From contig JAEWHZ010000091.1 in NCBI GenBank assembly GCA_023387585.1, positions 10,627-74,626 of the forward strand: DNA of 64,000 nucleotides, given 5' to 3'. The notes beneath the pieces were generated by a model. That model had not been told where the DNA came from. It made no database searches and saw only the letters and a program-made list of their open reading frames with translations. This DNA is from Pseudomonadota bacterium. GTDB lineage: Bacteria > Pseudomonadota > Alphaproteobacteria > Rhizobiales > Devosiaceae. A program made the position numbers and the translations under genes. Shown here piece by piece: positions 40,103-48,537 of this stretch (positions are counted from its first letter, which is position 1; every line of letters begins with the position of its first letter).

Positions 40103-41002
40103 ATGAAACCTGATGTTTATGAACGTGTGACCACTGCAATCGTCACTGCACTTGAGGCGGGCGTCAAACCCTGGCACCAGCCTTGGAACGTCGAACACGC
40201 AGCTGGGCGCATCATCCGGCCCTTGCGGGCGAATGGTGTGCCGTATCGCGGCATCAATGTGCTGATGCTCTGGGGCGAAGCTGTCGCGCGGGGCTATGCC
40301 GCGCCCATCTGGATGACCTTCAAGCAGGCTCAGGAGCTTGGCGGGCATGTGCGCAAGGGCGAGCATGGCAGCCTTGTTGTCTATGCATCGACCCTGAAAC
40401 GCACCGAGGAAGACACACTGACCGGCGAGGAGCTGGAGCGGTCCATTCCTTTCATGAAGGGCTATACCGTGTTCAACGTCGAGCAGGTCGAGGGACTGCC
40501 CGCGCACTACTACGCGCAGCCAGCACCCCGGCAGGATGTCATTCACCGCATCGCCCATGCCGATGCATTCGTGAACGCAACCCGCGCCGACATTTGCCAC
40601 GGTGGCGGCATCGCGTCTTACAATGTGGCGTCCGATGTCGTGCGCATGCCGCCCTTCGAGGCCTTCCGCGACCCGGAAAGTTACTACGGCACCCTCATTC
40701 ACGAGCTGACCCACTGGACGCGGCATCCGTCACGCCTCGACCGTGACCTTGGCCGCAAGCGCTGGGGCGATGAAGGCTATGCCATGGAGGAGCTGGTCGC
40801 CGAACTAGGCGCGGCCTTCGTGCTGGCGGATTTGGACATCGCGCCCAACCCGCGCGACGAGCACGCCAGCTACATCGCCTCATGGCTGAAAGTGCTGAAC
40901 GAGGACAAGCGGGCGATCTTTTCAGCGGCAGCCCACGCGCAGCGCGCGGCGGATTACCTTGCAGGCTTGCAGCCCGCATCGCAGGAAGCGAGGGCGGCAT
41001 GA
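40103..41002 (+). CDS. ardC: Antirestriction protein ArdC (ssDNA-binding + zincin domain)
   Basis: GVKPWHQPW, YRGINVLML, WMTFKQA, VRKGEHG, HELTHWT (HExxH), YAMEELVAELGA. Confidence 0.9.
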   Translation: MKPDVYERVTTAIVTALEAGVKPWHQPWNVEHAAGRIIRPLRANGVPYRGINVLMLWGEAVARGYAAPIWMTFKQAQELGGHVRKGEHGSLVVYASTLKRTEEDTLTGEELERSIPFMKGYTVFNVEQVEGLPAHYYAQPAPRQDVIHRIAHADAFVNATRADICHGGGIASYNVASDVVRMPPFEAFRDPESYYGTLIHELTHWTRHPSRLDRDLGRKRWGDEGYAMEELVAELGAAFVLADLDIAPNPRDEHASYIASWLKVLNEDKRAIFSAAAHAQRAADYLAGLQPASQEARAA

Positions 41003-41304
41003 GCGCCGCCCCGCAATTCTTCCGCGCCGACTGGCGCGGTATTGGCCTTACCATCAACTGGGTGGAGGAATATTTTGCGACGGACGACGGCTCCTATGCC
41101 GTCGCCCATCTGGAAATCCTCGCCGACAACCGCACGCCGCTGCCCATCACCGAGACAGGGTACAAATCGCACTTCACCAGCCGGGAAGCGGTCGAGGCAG
41201 AGGACGGACCCGTCGCTTACGCCATCGCTTGGCTGGACCATGATGCCGCGAAACCCGCATGGGCCGCACGCGAGGCGGCAGCACGGCAGCTATCGCTGTT
41301 CTGA
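40999..41304 (+). CDS. Hypothetical 101-aa protein ending in QLSLF
   Basis: ATGA-coupled to ardC; PLPITETGYKSHF; C-terminal QLSLF. Confidence 0.75.
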   Translation: MSAAPQFFRADWRGIGLTINWVEEYFATDDGSYAVAHLEILADNRTPLPITETGYKSHFTSREAVEAEDGPVAYAIAWLDHDAAKPAWAAREAAARQLSLF

Positions 41305-41517
41305 ATCAGGTTGTTTGGACTTGCTGCGAACGTCGTCCATCGACTCCAGCAGCATCTGCATCGCGGTCTTGAAGCCGTGCCGCCGTGCCGCCTCGCGGAA
41401 GGTTCTGCTCAGGCCACGGATGACCGCCAGATCCGCCGCGCCCTGCGGCACGGTTAATTCGCGCCGCCGCCTGCGGCGGCGGCTTTGAAGGTCTGACTTG
41501 CGGCGTGTGGGCTGCAT
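41290..41517 (-). CDS. Small basic hypothetical protein
   Basis: TGATG overlap with the upstream gene; Arg-rich. Confidence 0.45.
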   Translation of the reverse strand: MQPTRRKSDLQSRRRRRRRELTVPQGAADLAVIRGLSRTFREAARRHGFKTAMQMLLESMDDVRSKSKQPDSEQR

Positions 41518-41942
41518 CAGATTTTGCTCGGCAGGATAGCCCGTGTGAATTCGCAGAAGCCCGAATGGATAAAGTTCTCATCCCAGACGCGGGCGATCGG
41601 CGCGTCGCCGCGTTCGACGAAGGCCATGAAGAACCAGACATCATAAGCCGCAATCATCGCCACCAGCCCCGCGAAGACAAGATTGTGAAACTGGTCGAAG
41701 ACGGTTTCGGCCACCCCCTTCTGCACCACTACCGTCAACACCGGGCTCCCCAGCCAGAGCAGCCAGATCAGAACGCTGATACCGCCGGGCAGGACCCCGC
41801 ACTTGTCCCAGTACTCCAGTATGGTCACGCCGATCAGGAAATGCGCAATCAGCAGGCCGCCATTGACCAGCGCCGCCACGCCGCCAATGACCTCCATGAC
41901 ATTCTCAAGGATCTCACCAAACCATTCGCCGATGCCCTGCAT
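41517..41942 (-). CDS. Hypothetical membrane protein (about 3 TM)
   Basis: GGAAGGA RBS; three hydrophobic segments. Confidence 0.65.
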   Translation of the reverse strand: MQGIGEWFGEILENVMEVIGGVAALVNGGLLIAHFLIGVTILEYWDKCGVLPGGISVLIWLLWLGSPVLTVVVQKGVAETVFDQFHNLVFAGLVAMIAAYDVWFFMAFVERGDAPIARVWDENFIHSGFCEFTRAILPSKI

Positions 41943-41970
41943 GGCCCGTTCCTTCCATGAATGATGGCGT

Positions 41971-42807
41971 CTAGAGCTTCGGAGCTTCGGCCCCGGCGCT
42001 GTTCTGGAGGGCGTCCACGTAGTCGCGGAAGAACTGGTAGTCGGCGGTGAAATTCACCCGCGCGCGCTCATTGTCGCCGAGGGTGAACCACATCGACTTC
42101 GCGTGGTCATCGGACAGGCCGTAGTTGAAGCTGGCCTTGAAGACGACATCGCAATCGCCCTTTGGATTCAGGCGCGGCAGGTCCGCTTCGCTGGTGTTGG
42201 CCGTCGCCATGATCGGCACGCAGCCGACCCACGCATAGGGCTCACCCATCGGCACCGCCCTGCCATCGTCGAAGCGGAATTGATACGCGACGCCGCTGCC
42301 GCTGCTGCCTGAATCATGCAACGTGCCGAGCTTCGCTTCGAGCCCCCTCACCACGTCGCTTATGCGGGGCTGGTCGGCTTGATGGTTGTAGCCAAGGAAG
42401 CGCTCGATCGCGACCACCTGATGCCCCGATGAGGGCGCGCTCAGGCTGACATGAATGCCCTCGCTCTTGTTCCAGCCTTCCGTGCCGGGCCGGTCGATGT
42501 CGAGCGTCATGCGCCCAACATAGCTGACGGTCACGCGCTGCCCGTTCGGGCGCGGTAGGAAGATCTCATAGCGGTATTCGCGGATACCGTTGGAGCTCGC
42601 GCCCGCGCCCATCCCGGCGATGATCGCCGCCAGCTTCTCCTTCGCCTCCTCGTAGGTATCGCCCGGCGCAATGCCGAGAATATCGACGGTGACCCCGGAC
42701 GGCAGGTTCGCGCCCTTGGGCACGTCCACCGTCTGCGTCCACTCCACGTCCTGCGCATGCGCGGCACCACCCGCCAGCAGCATTGCCGCGATCATCATGT
42801 GTTTCAT
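41971..42807 (-). CDS. Hypothetical exported protein
   Basis: Sec signal MKHMMIAAMLLAGGAAHA|QD; GC-biased codon usage. Confidence 0.75.
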   Translation of the reverse strand: MKHMMIAAMLLAGGAAHAQDVEWTQTVDVPKGANLPSGVTVDILGIAPGDTYEEAKEKLAAIIAGMGAGASSNGIREYRYEIFLPRPNGQRVTVSYVGRMTLDIDRPGTEGWNKSEGIHVSLSAPSSGHQVVAIERFLGYNHQADQPRISDVVRGLEAKLGTLHDSGSSGSGVAYQFRFDDGRAVPMGEPYAWVGCVPIMATANTSEADLPRLNPKGDCDVVFKASFNYGLSDDHAKSMWFTLGDNERARVNFTADYQFFRDYVDALQNSAGAEAPKL

Positions 42808-42932
42808 TGTAGGAAAACCCCATTGATCAGGGTGGCGCGCCAGAAGCGCGGCACCGCGCTGGAATCAAAAGAGCCCCGGCGATCTGTCTGCGCGAGGCTC
42901 CGGTTTATTTGGTTCTCTCAATGGGAATTCAG

Positions 42933-43085
42933 GACAGTATTGCCTATACTGTCGCGAATGGCTGATATTGGCCGTTTCCGGATTGTATTTCCCTTAAGGA
43001 ATTGCTATCAGTTCTCATGGCCGCGCCTGAATTCCCCGATGGGGCAGGCGCTTGGCGTTCACTCAACGGAATAGGCAAAACTGTC
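42933..43085. promoter_or_regulatory. Candidate invertible promoter segment flanked by inverted tyrosine-recombinase-type sites
   Basis: GACAGTATTGCCTAT (42933-42947) versus ATAGGCAAAACTGTC (43071-43085), 14/15 inverted match; internal TTGTAT-N17-TATCAG. Confidence 0.55.
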
Positions 43086-43118
43086 GCGTCCCCGCCGGTT
43101 GCCGGTATGGAGGACGGG

Positions 43119-43712
43119 ATGGCGTTCGCGCGCTCGCAGCAGACGAGTCTGTATTCGGCCAAAGGTCAGCGCAAATATCTGACGCCGGACGAGCGAGCGC
43201 GGTTTATCGATACAGCATGGCATTGCGAGCGCGTGGATCTGCGCACGCTTGGACTCACGCTCGCATGGACCGGCTGCCGGATCTCCGAGGCGCTGGCGAT
43301 CACGCAACGCTGCATCGAGATCGAGGCCGGGTTTATCGCTGTGACCACGCTCAAGCGGCGCAGCCGTGTGCCCATCATCCGCGAAATCCCCGTGCCGCCA
43401 GACCTCATCGCCGCACTGGTCAGGGTGCACGGAATCGACGGCGCACATCCAGACCGCCGTCTGTGGACTCTGTCACGCAGCCGGGCATGGGCCTTGATCA
43501 AGACACTCATGCGTAAGGCGGGCGTGGCGGATGGTATCCATGCCTCGCCGAAGGGTTTGCGGCATGGCTTTGGCCTCCATGCCATTCGCTCCGGCGTCCC
43601 GCTCAATCTCGTGCAGAAATGGCTGGGCCACGCACGGATGGAAACGACGGCGATTTACACGCAGGCCCTTGGCGTCGAGGAAGCCCAGATCGCCGCGCGG
43701 ATGTGGTCCTGA
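43119..43712 (+). CDS. Small tyrosine recombinase (catalytic domain only, FimB/FimE-sized)
   Basis: RKYLT, TGCRISEAL, KGLRHGF, LGHARMETTAIY; GGAGG RBS. Confidence 0.88.
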   Translation: MAFARSQQTSLYSAKGQRKYLTPDERARFIDTAWHCERVDLRTLGLTLAWTGCRISEALAITQRCIEIEAGFIAVTTLKRRSRVPIIREIPVPPDLIAALVRVHGIDGAHPDRRLWTLSRSRAWALIKTLMRKAGVADGIHASPKGLRHGFGLHAIRSGVPLNLVQKWLGHARMETTAIYTQALGVEEAQIAARMWS

Positions 43713-43963
43713 TCATTCGCCGTGACTTGTCGGTGTTAGGGCGGCGGGTTTCGGGCTCGTTCTACGTCTCCGGGTAGATGGCCACGGCATGCACGGCCTT
43801 TGGGCATGGGGTCTGGCCGCACCGGGGCGCTATGAGTCAACCGGCTGCCCGCTCCATTCGCTGACGCTCCCGTGTTGCCGGTATGACCCGCGCCCACCGG
43901 ACGCGGCCTCATCGTCCCCATAAGGCCGGGCATTGTGCCGGGCCAAAACAAAAGGAGACGATC

Positions 43964-44179
43964 ATGAACGAGAACAAAAAACCCAAACCGCCGACCCACA
44001 CCATCTTTCAGGTGATCGGCGATGGTGAACAGGCCCGCTGGATCCGCGTCGGGGCCGCCTGGTCCAACAAGGACGGCAAGGGTCTCAACCTGGTGTTTGA
44101 CTCTTATCCGGTGGTAGGCCGCATCTGCCTGCGCGAAGTCCCGCCTGCTGACGCTGGCGAACAGGCAGGTGCCCAGTGA
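43964..44179 (+). CDS. Small hypothetical protein typical of mobile elements
   Basis: AAGGAG RBS; WIRVGAAWSNKDGKGLNLVFD beta-rich motif. Confidence 0.7.
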   Translation: MNENKKPKPPTHTIFQVIGDGEQARWIRVGAAWSNKDGKGLNLVFDSYPVVGRICLREVPPADAGEQAGAQ

Positions 44180-44385
44180 GCGCCGCCAAGGCCCAACGAG
44201 CACGACGGGAAACCGTCGTGCTCACCCGCGAGGCGGTCGAGGACATTCTCGTGCGCCACATGGGTTGGGAGACCGAAGACGCAGACATCTTCTGGCGCAT
44301 GGCAAGCCGAGAGACCTCTGCCCCCGGCACCATTACCGAGTTGCTTGAGCGTTCATTCCAACGGGCATTTGGTCAAAACCATTGA
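44176..44385 (+). CDS. Small hypothetical protein
   Basis: GTGA overlap with the upstream gene. Confidence 0.45.
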   Translation: MSAAKAQRARRETVVLTREAVEDILVRHMGWETEDADIFWRMASRETSAPGTITELLERSFQRAFGQNH

Positions 44386-46394
44386 AGGAGCGCCGGATCG
44401 ATCCACCAGGCCACCAATCCGACCAGGCCGATGATGGTCACGACGACACCACGCCGTGCCCATCGCTCCCTCGCCAATTGCGCACACATCGCCCGGTTTA
44501 TCGCCTCATATTCCGCGATCTCCTTGAGGTTCTGTTCGTGCTCGCGCCGGACTTTCTCCGCCTCGACCCGAGCTGTTTCCGCCTTCACGATCTTCTCTTG
44601 CCGCTTCTCCTCTTCCACGCGGGCGATGCGCGCGAGCGTCATCGGCGCGGGATGGTCGCGGTGCCGGTCATAAAGTCCGCGCCATGTCGGTTGCCGGTGA
44701 TATTGCAGGCGCTCGACCACGAAAGGGTTCTGACCGGCGACCAGCACCAGCGCCAAAGGCTTGTCGCGGTCGCCGAACAGCCGACCCACTTCATCCGGAT
44801 TGACGAGGGCGCGTTTGTGGATGCTCTCGCTGAATCCCTGCGTGCGCGACCCGCTGCGTCCGCTGGTCCGGCCTGCGGTGACACCCTGCGATGTCCCGAA
44901 GCTGTAACTGTCATTGAAGCTTGTGCCGTTACCGTGACCGCCAACGCCGACGCTCCCGGATTGCCCGCTGGTGCTGCTGGAGGACTGGCCTGCCGTGACG
45001 CCGATGGAGAAGCTTTCCGACCATCCTTCGGTCTCGCTACCACTGAAGGCGGTGCGCACGGTTTCGGTGTCGCCACTCAGCTTTGAGACATACTCCCGCG
45101 TGAACTGATCCTCATTGCCGAAGAAGATCTTCGCGCCCGCATTGGCGACCATGGTCTCCCAGTTGTCCTTGTAGACATCTTTGAGCTGCGCCAGCGTTTG
45201 GGCCACGAACACCATCTTGACGCCGAACCCCGCGATCTGCGCGGCAGCGTCCTCAATGACCCGCATCCGTCTCAGCGCCGGAAACTCGTCCAGCATCATC
45301 ATCACCGGATGACCGCTGGCGGGTTGCATGCGCGTGCGCTCCATCTCCCCGATGGTGAGCGCCGCGAACATGCGCAGCCAGCCGTAATGCGTTCCGGCCA
45401 TGCGTTGCGGCAGGCACACATAGATACTGACGCCCTTTGGGTTGGTCTTGAGATCCGACAGTCTGAAATCCGAGCGGCTGACGCAGGCCCGCATCTGCGG
45501 ATCGTCCAGAAAATCCAGCGCTCGTGCCGCCGTCGAAATCACGCCCGCCAAAGTGCGCGGCGCGTTGCGCAGCTGGTCGAGGTAGTAACCGCCGCCTTCC
45601 GAGACCACCCCACCGAACGCCGTGTTGCGGTCCATCGCATCGAACAGCAACTCATACCCGGAAATCGCCTTGTCATCGTCTTCCAGCAGGCGGGCCAGTT
45701 CCTCGCGGCTGCGGTCCCCGCCGCGCAGGAGCCGACGCACGCTCACCAGATGACGCTCCGCTGCCGGGTAGTCCCGCCAGCTCGCGACATGCAGGACGAG
45801 ATCCTTGATCAGCGTGCGCGCCGATTCCTCCCAATGTGGTTCGCTCGCGCGCTCCACCTGGACGAGAGAATCGGCAATCCGTCCCGCGATGGTGACGGAT
45901 TCGGCTTCCTGCGGACCCAGCAGGTCCATTGGGTTGAAGCATTTGCGATACCCCGAGAAATCCTCGCCCGGCACATCGACCTCGCCGTAAGGGTCGAGGA
46001 TGTGCACGGTCTGGCCCATGCCCTTTGCATAGGCCGAGCCTTTGCCGCGTCGTCGCGCGGTCACCATGGCGTTCTCACCCTTGGGATCGATGACCAGCAC
46101 CGAGCCGGGCCAGAGGGCGAGGTTCGGCACCAGATACGAAACGCCCTTGCCGCCACGGTTGCCGCAGACAACCAGCACATGCCGATCGTCGCGGTATCCG
46201 ACCGGATACCCGTCCGGTCCGAACCCCAGATAGAAATCCCCGCGCTGATAGCGGTCTTCTTTCCCAAGTTCGTGCCAGCGCGCCGTTCCCAGGGCTTGCG
46301 TGTTGCGCGGCTTCTGAACCGGAGCCGGTGCCGTAACCGGGTGCCGGAACTGCGCAATATTCAGGTTAGGCGGAATGATCAGCTGGTTACCCAT
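44373..46394 (-). CDS. VirD4/TraG-family type IV coupling protein
   Basis: HVLVVCGNRGGKGVS, VIDPKGEN, FNPMD, MLDEFPAL, AQTLAQLKDVY; GGAGG RBS. Confidence 0.88.
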   Translation of the reverse strand: MGNQLIIPPNLNIAQFRHPVTAPAPVQKPRNTQALGTARWHELGKEDRYQRGDFYLGFGPDGYPVGYRDDRHVLVVCGNRGGKGVSYLVPNLALWPGSVLVIDPKGENAMVTARRRGKGSAYAKGMGQTVHILDPYGEVDVPGEDFSGYRKCFNPMDLLGPQEAESVTIAGRIADSLVQVERASEPHWEESARTLIKDLVLHVASWRDYPAAERHLVSVRRLLRGGDRSREELARLLEDDDKAISGYELLFDAMDRNTAFGGVVSEGGGYYLDQLRNAPRTLAGVISTAARALDFLDDPQMRACVSRSDFRLSDLKTNPKGVSIYVCLPQRMAGTHYGWLRMFAALTIGEMERTRMQPASGHPVMMMLDEFPALRRMRVIEDAAAQIAGFGVKMVFVAQTLAQLKDVYKDNWETMVANAGAKIFFGNEDQFTREYVSKLSGDTETVRTAFSGSETEGWSESFSIGVTAGQSSSSTSGQSGSVGVGGHGNGTSFNDSYSFGTSQGVTAGRTSGRSGSRTQGFSESIHKRALVNPDEVGRLFGDRDKPLALVLVAGQNPFVVERLQYHRQPTWRGLYDRHRDHPAPMTLARIARVEEEKRQEKIVKAETARVEAEKVRREHEQNLKEIAEYEAINRAMCAQLARERWARRGVVVTIIGLVGLVAWWIDPALLQWF

Positions 46395-46403
46395 GACAAC
46401 CTC

Positions 46404-47669
46404 CTAGAGTTCCAGTTCGAGGTGGGGCGTGCGCGCCCCCTGGGTATTGCGGTCCGGGTTGGTCAGGCGCAGCACATCGGCAAGCTTGCTGGCGAGTTGC
46501 ATGCGCTCCATGCGCTGGCGCGCACGCACCGCCGCGATGCGTTTGTGCAGCGTCTCCTTTTCCCTGGACTGGGCCATGAACAGCGCTTCGCGCTGATCGC
46601 GGTCCCGGCAATAGCCCCCATATGCCTCGCGCTCATTCTGTCGTCTGATCGCGCGCGCCTTGCCGGTCAGAAGCTCCCACACACCACGAACGCCCTTGTG
46701 CAGGCGTTCGGAGCGCGCCTTGGTCTCGGCAAGGCGTCGGGATTCGAGTTTCGTTTCCAGCAGCGCGCGTTCCTGCCGGTGGCCTTTGACCATCTCCCGC
46801 AGGGCCTGGACCACGGGTGCGAGTTCCTTCGTCTGTGTCTCCCGGCCTTCCTTGATGTAAGCGCGGACCCGGCCCTTGAGCCGGTCATGCACGGAGGCGT
46901 GCACCTGCTCGACGCTGGGCAGCTTCTCCGGATCGCCGAGACGCTGGTTGACTTCCTTCGTCTTCACGCCGGTCCAGCGCGCGACGGAGAACACTTCGCC
47001 GTTGATGTCCATCGCGACAAAGCCGCGTCGGTCACCGCGCGCGAGCCAGTATCCGTGCTCTTCCAGCGCAGCCCTGAAGGCGGGCATTGAGTCCGACTTC
47101 GCCCAGGCGGACTGGAAAATCTGCTTCACCTCACGCGGATCGAGCCCGAGGCGCTGGGCCTGCTGCCATTCGGCCATGGTGAAGTTGAGCGGATTCTTCC
47201 AGCCATTCTCCTTATGGCCGTCCGGCAGCTCCCACCCATGTTCGAGGTAAAGTTCCTTCGACAGCGTAGCGAGGCGCTGCTTGTAGAATGGCAGGTTGAT
47301 GGCCTTGAGCTGTTCACCCTCGATACGGGACCAAACGACATGGATATGCCGCCTGCCGTTCTTCTCATGCACGACCACAGCGCGCGGCTGGCCCGACAGG
47401 CCGAGCTTTGCCTCGGCCTGATCGGCAGCGCGCGTCATGTCCTCGACCGTGGCCTCTTGTCCCTTGGGCGGGTTCAGGCTGAGCGAGAACATGAACTGCT
47501 TGCACAGCGTCGCCTTGGAGATCGCATCGGCCTCAGCCAGCGCACCATGCAGATTGTCGGCCACGAAGCCGCGCAGCTCGGTGACGGTGATATGCTCGTT
47601 ATCAAGAGCATTAAGCAGGTGTGCGGCGAGGTTCGAGGCCCCGCCACGTTGCGAGCCGACCAGGATCAT
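46404..47669 (-). CDS. Relaxase (VirD2/MOBP-like HUH fold)
   Basis: SLSLNPP (motif II); HEKNGRRHIHVVWSRI (3H motif); coiled-coil C-terminus. Confidence 0.85.
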   Translation of the reverse strand: MILVGSQRGGASNLAAHLLNALDNEHITVTELRGFVADNLHGALAEADAISKATLCKQFMFSLSLNPPKGQEATVEDMTRAADQAEAKLGLSGQPRAVVVHEKNGRRHIHVVWSRIEGEQLKAINLPFYKQRLATLSKELYLEHGWELPDGHKENGWKNPLNFTMAEWQQAQRLGLDPREVKQIFQSAWAKSDSMPAFRAALEEHGYWLARGDRRGFVAMDINGEVFSVARWTGVKTKEVNQRLGDPEKLPSVEQVHASVHDRLKGRVRAYIKEGRETQTKELAPVVQALREMVKGHRQERALLETKLESRRLAETKARSERLHKGVRGVWELLTGKARAIRRQNEREAYGGYCRDRDQREALFMAQSREKETLHKRIAAVRARQRMERMQLASKLADVLRLTNPDRNTQGARTPHLELEL

Positions 47670-48100
47670 TGCAGCCTCCCGCTCACCGCACCGAAGGCGT
47701 CGGACACGGATTCCGGCTCTGGCTCCTTACCCAGTGCCGTCATCAAATCCGCGCGGATGGCCGCGACATCGTCGCAGGCGAGCCGCAACTGCGTCAGTGT
47801 GTGCTCATCGCAATAGAAGACGCCGCTTTCTGCAAGAGACGCCAACCGCGTCAGGCTCGGTCCGCGTCCGTAGGTCCCGAGCCGTGCGAGAATCTGCGCA
47901 AGCAGCTTCTCGTCGGCCCGGACGCGCCTTGTTCCCAGGCGCGGCAGGTCCGCATCGGCACCGAACAGGACCTGCTTGATGTAGGTCGAGATAGGCAGGC
48001 CGTCGGCCAGCCCGGTCAGGGCCTCAAGCTCAGATCTGGAAAAACGGATGGACACCGGGGCTGGCCGACCAGCCCCGTTTTTCTGGGAGGGAGCGCTCAT
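47666..48100 (-). CDS. mobC: MobC-like ribbon-helix-helix relaxosome protein
   Basis: PVSIRFSRSELEAL...ISTYIKQ, LAQILARLG; ATGA-coupled to the relaxase. Confidence 0.75.
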   Translation of the reverse strand: MSAPSQKNGAGRPAPVSIRFSRSELEALTGLADGLPISTYIKQVLFGADADLPRLGTRRVRADEKLLAQILARLGTYGRGPSLTRLASLAESGVFYCDEHTLTQLRLACDDVAAIRADLMTALGKEPEPESVSDAFGAVSGRLQ

Positions 48101-48204
48101 GGGCGTGGTCCCTCGAAATCGACTTTTGCGTGCTTGAGTTGGTGGTTCCAGTCGGCCAGAACGTCAAACAGGGAGTTTAAAGTCTCTCCCGTTTGCTCCG
48201 CCAT
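48097..48204 (-). other. Alternative 35-codon integrase C-terminus (used in the excised circle)
   Basis: ATG GCG GA core in the same phase as attL; encodes MAEQTGETLNSLFDVLADWNHQLKHAKVDFEGPRP*; stop overlaps the mobC ATG. Confidence 0.75.
48197..48204 (+). repeat. attR core TCCGCCAT
   Basis: Direct repeat of 21067-21074, just beyond the mob genes. Confidence 0.78.
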
Positions 48205-48288
48205 CCTGCTTCGCTCTTCGAGCTTCGCAGGATTGGCAGAACCTCTCGCGCGAAGCAGGATACCCTCCGAAGCTTTAGCGAAGGAGGG
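48203..48288. repeat. REP-like hairpins upstream of the GIY-YIG gene
   Basis: 12-bp inverted repeat ATCCTGCTTCGC/GCGAAGCAGGAT plus hairpin CCCTCCGAAGCTTTAGCGAAGGAGGG. Confidence 0.65.
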
Positions 48289-48294
48289 CCTTTC

Positions 48295-48537
48295 GTGTTT
48301 TATGTCTACCTTATCGGAAGTCTCTCGTCGAACGAACAGCGTTATGTTGGATTGACGACCGATCTCAAACGGCGTCTTCAGGAACACAACGATGGCAAAT
48401 CTTGCCACACTTCCAAATTCAAACCTTGGCGTCTGGTAACCTATCTCGCGTTTTCTGATCGGGCCAAGGCGGAATCTTTCGAGAGATATCTCAGATCCGG
48501 ATCAGGTCACGCCTTCGCCAGCAAACGGCTATGGTAG
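48295..48537 (+). CDS. Stand-alone GIY-YIG nuclease (80 aa)
   Basis: FYVYLI...YVGLTTDLKRRLQEHN...ERYLRSGSG; GTG start after AAGGAGG. Confidence 0.88.
   Translation: MFYVYLIGSLSSNEQRYVGLTTDLKRRLQEHNDGKSCHTSKFKPWRLVTYLAFSDRAKAESFERYLRSGSGHAFASKRLW

Larger units (their letters stand above)
21067..48204. mobile_element. ~27.1 kb integrative mobilisable element / defence island
   Basis: Bounded by TCCGCCAT repeats; serine recombinase at the left end, mob genes at the right end; visibly lower GC; defence and ardC cargo; no T4SS genes. Confidence 0.88.

Noticed and set aside
48202..48209. CATCCTGC resembling a MOBP nic site
   Set aside because: Mostly outside the element, absent from the predicted circle, and explained by the hairpin arm.
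48205..48408. N-terminal part of the 103-aa minus ORF 48097-48408
   Set aside because: Antisense to GIY-YIG and hairpins; only the part inside attR is interpreted as coding.
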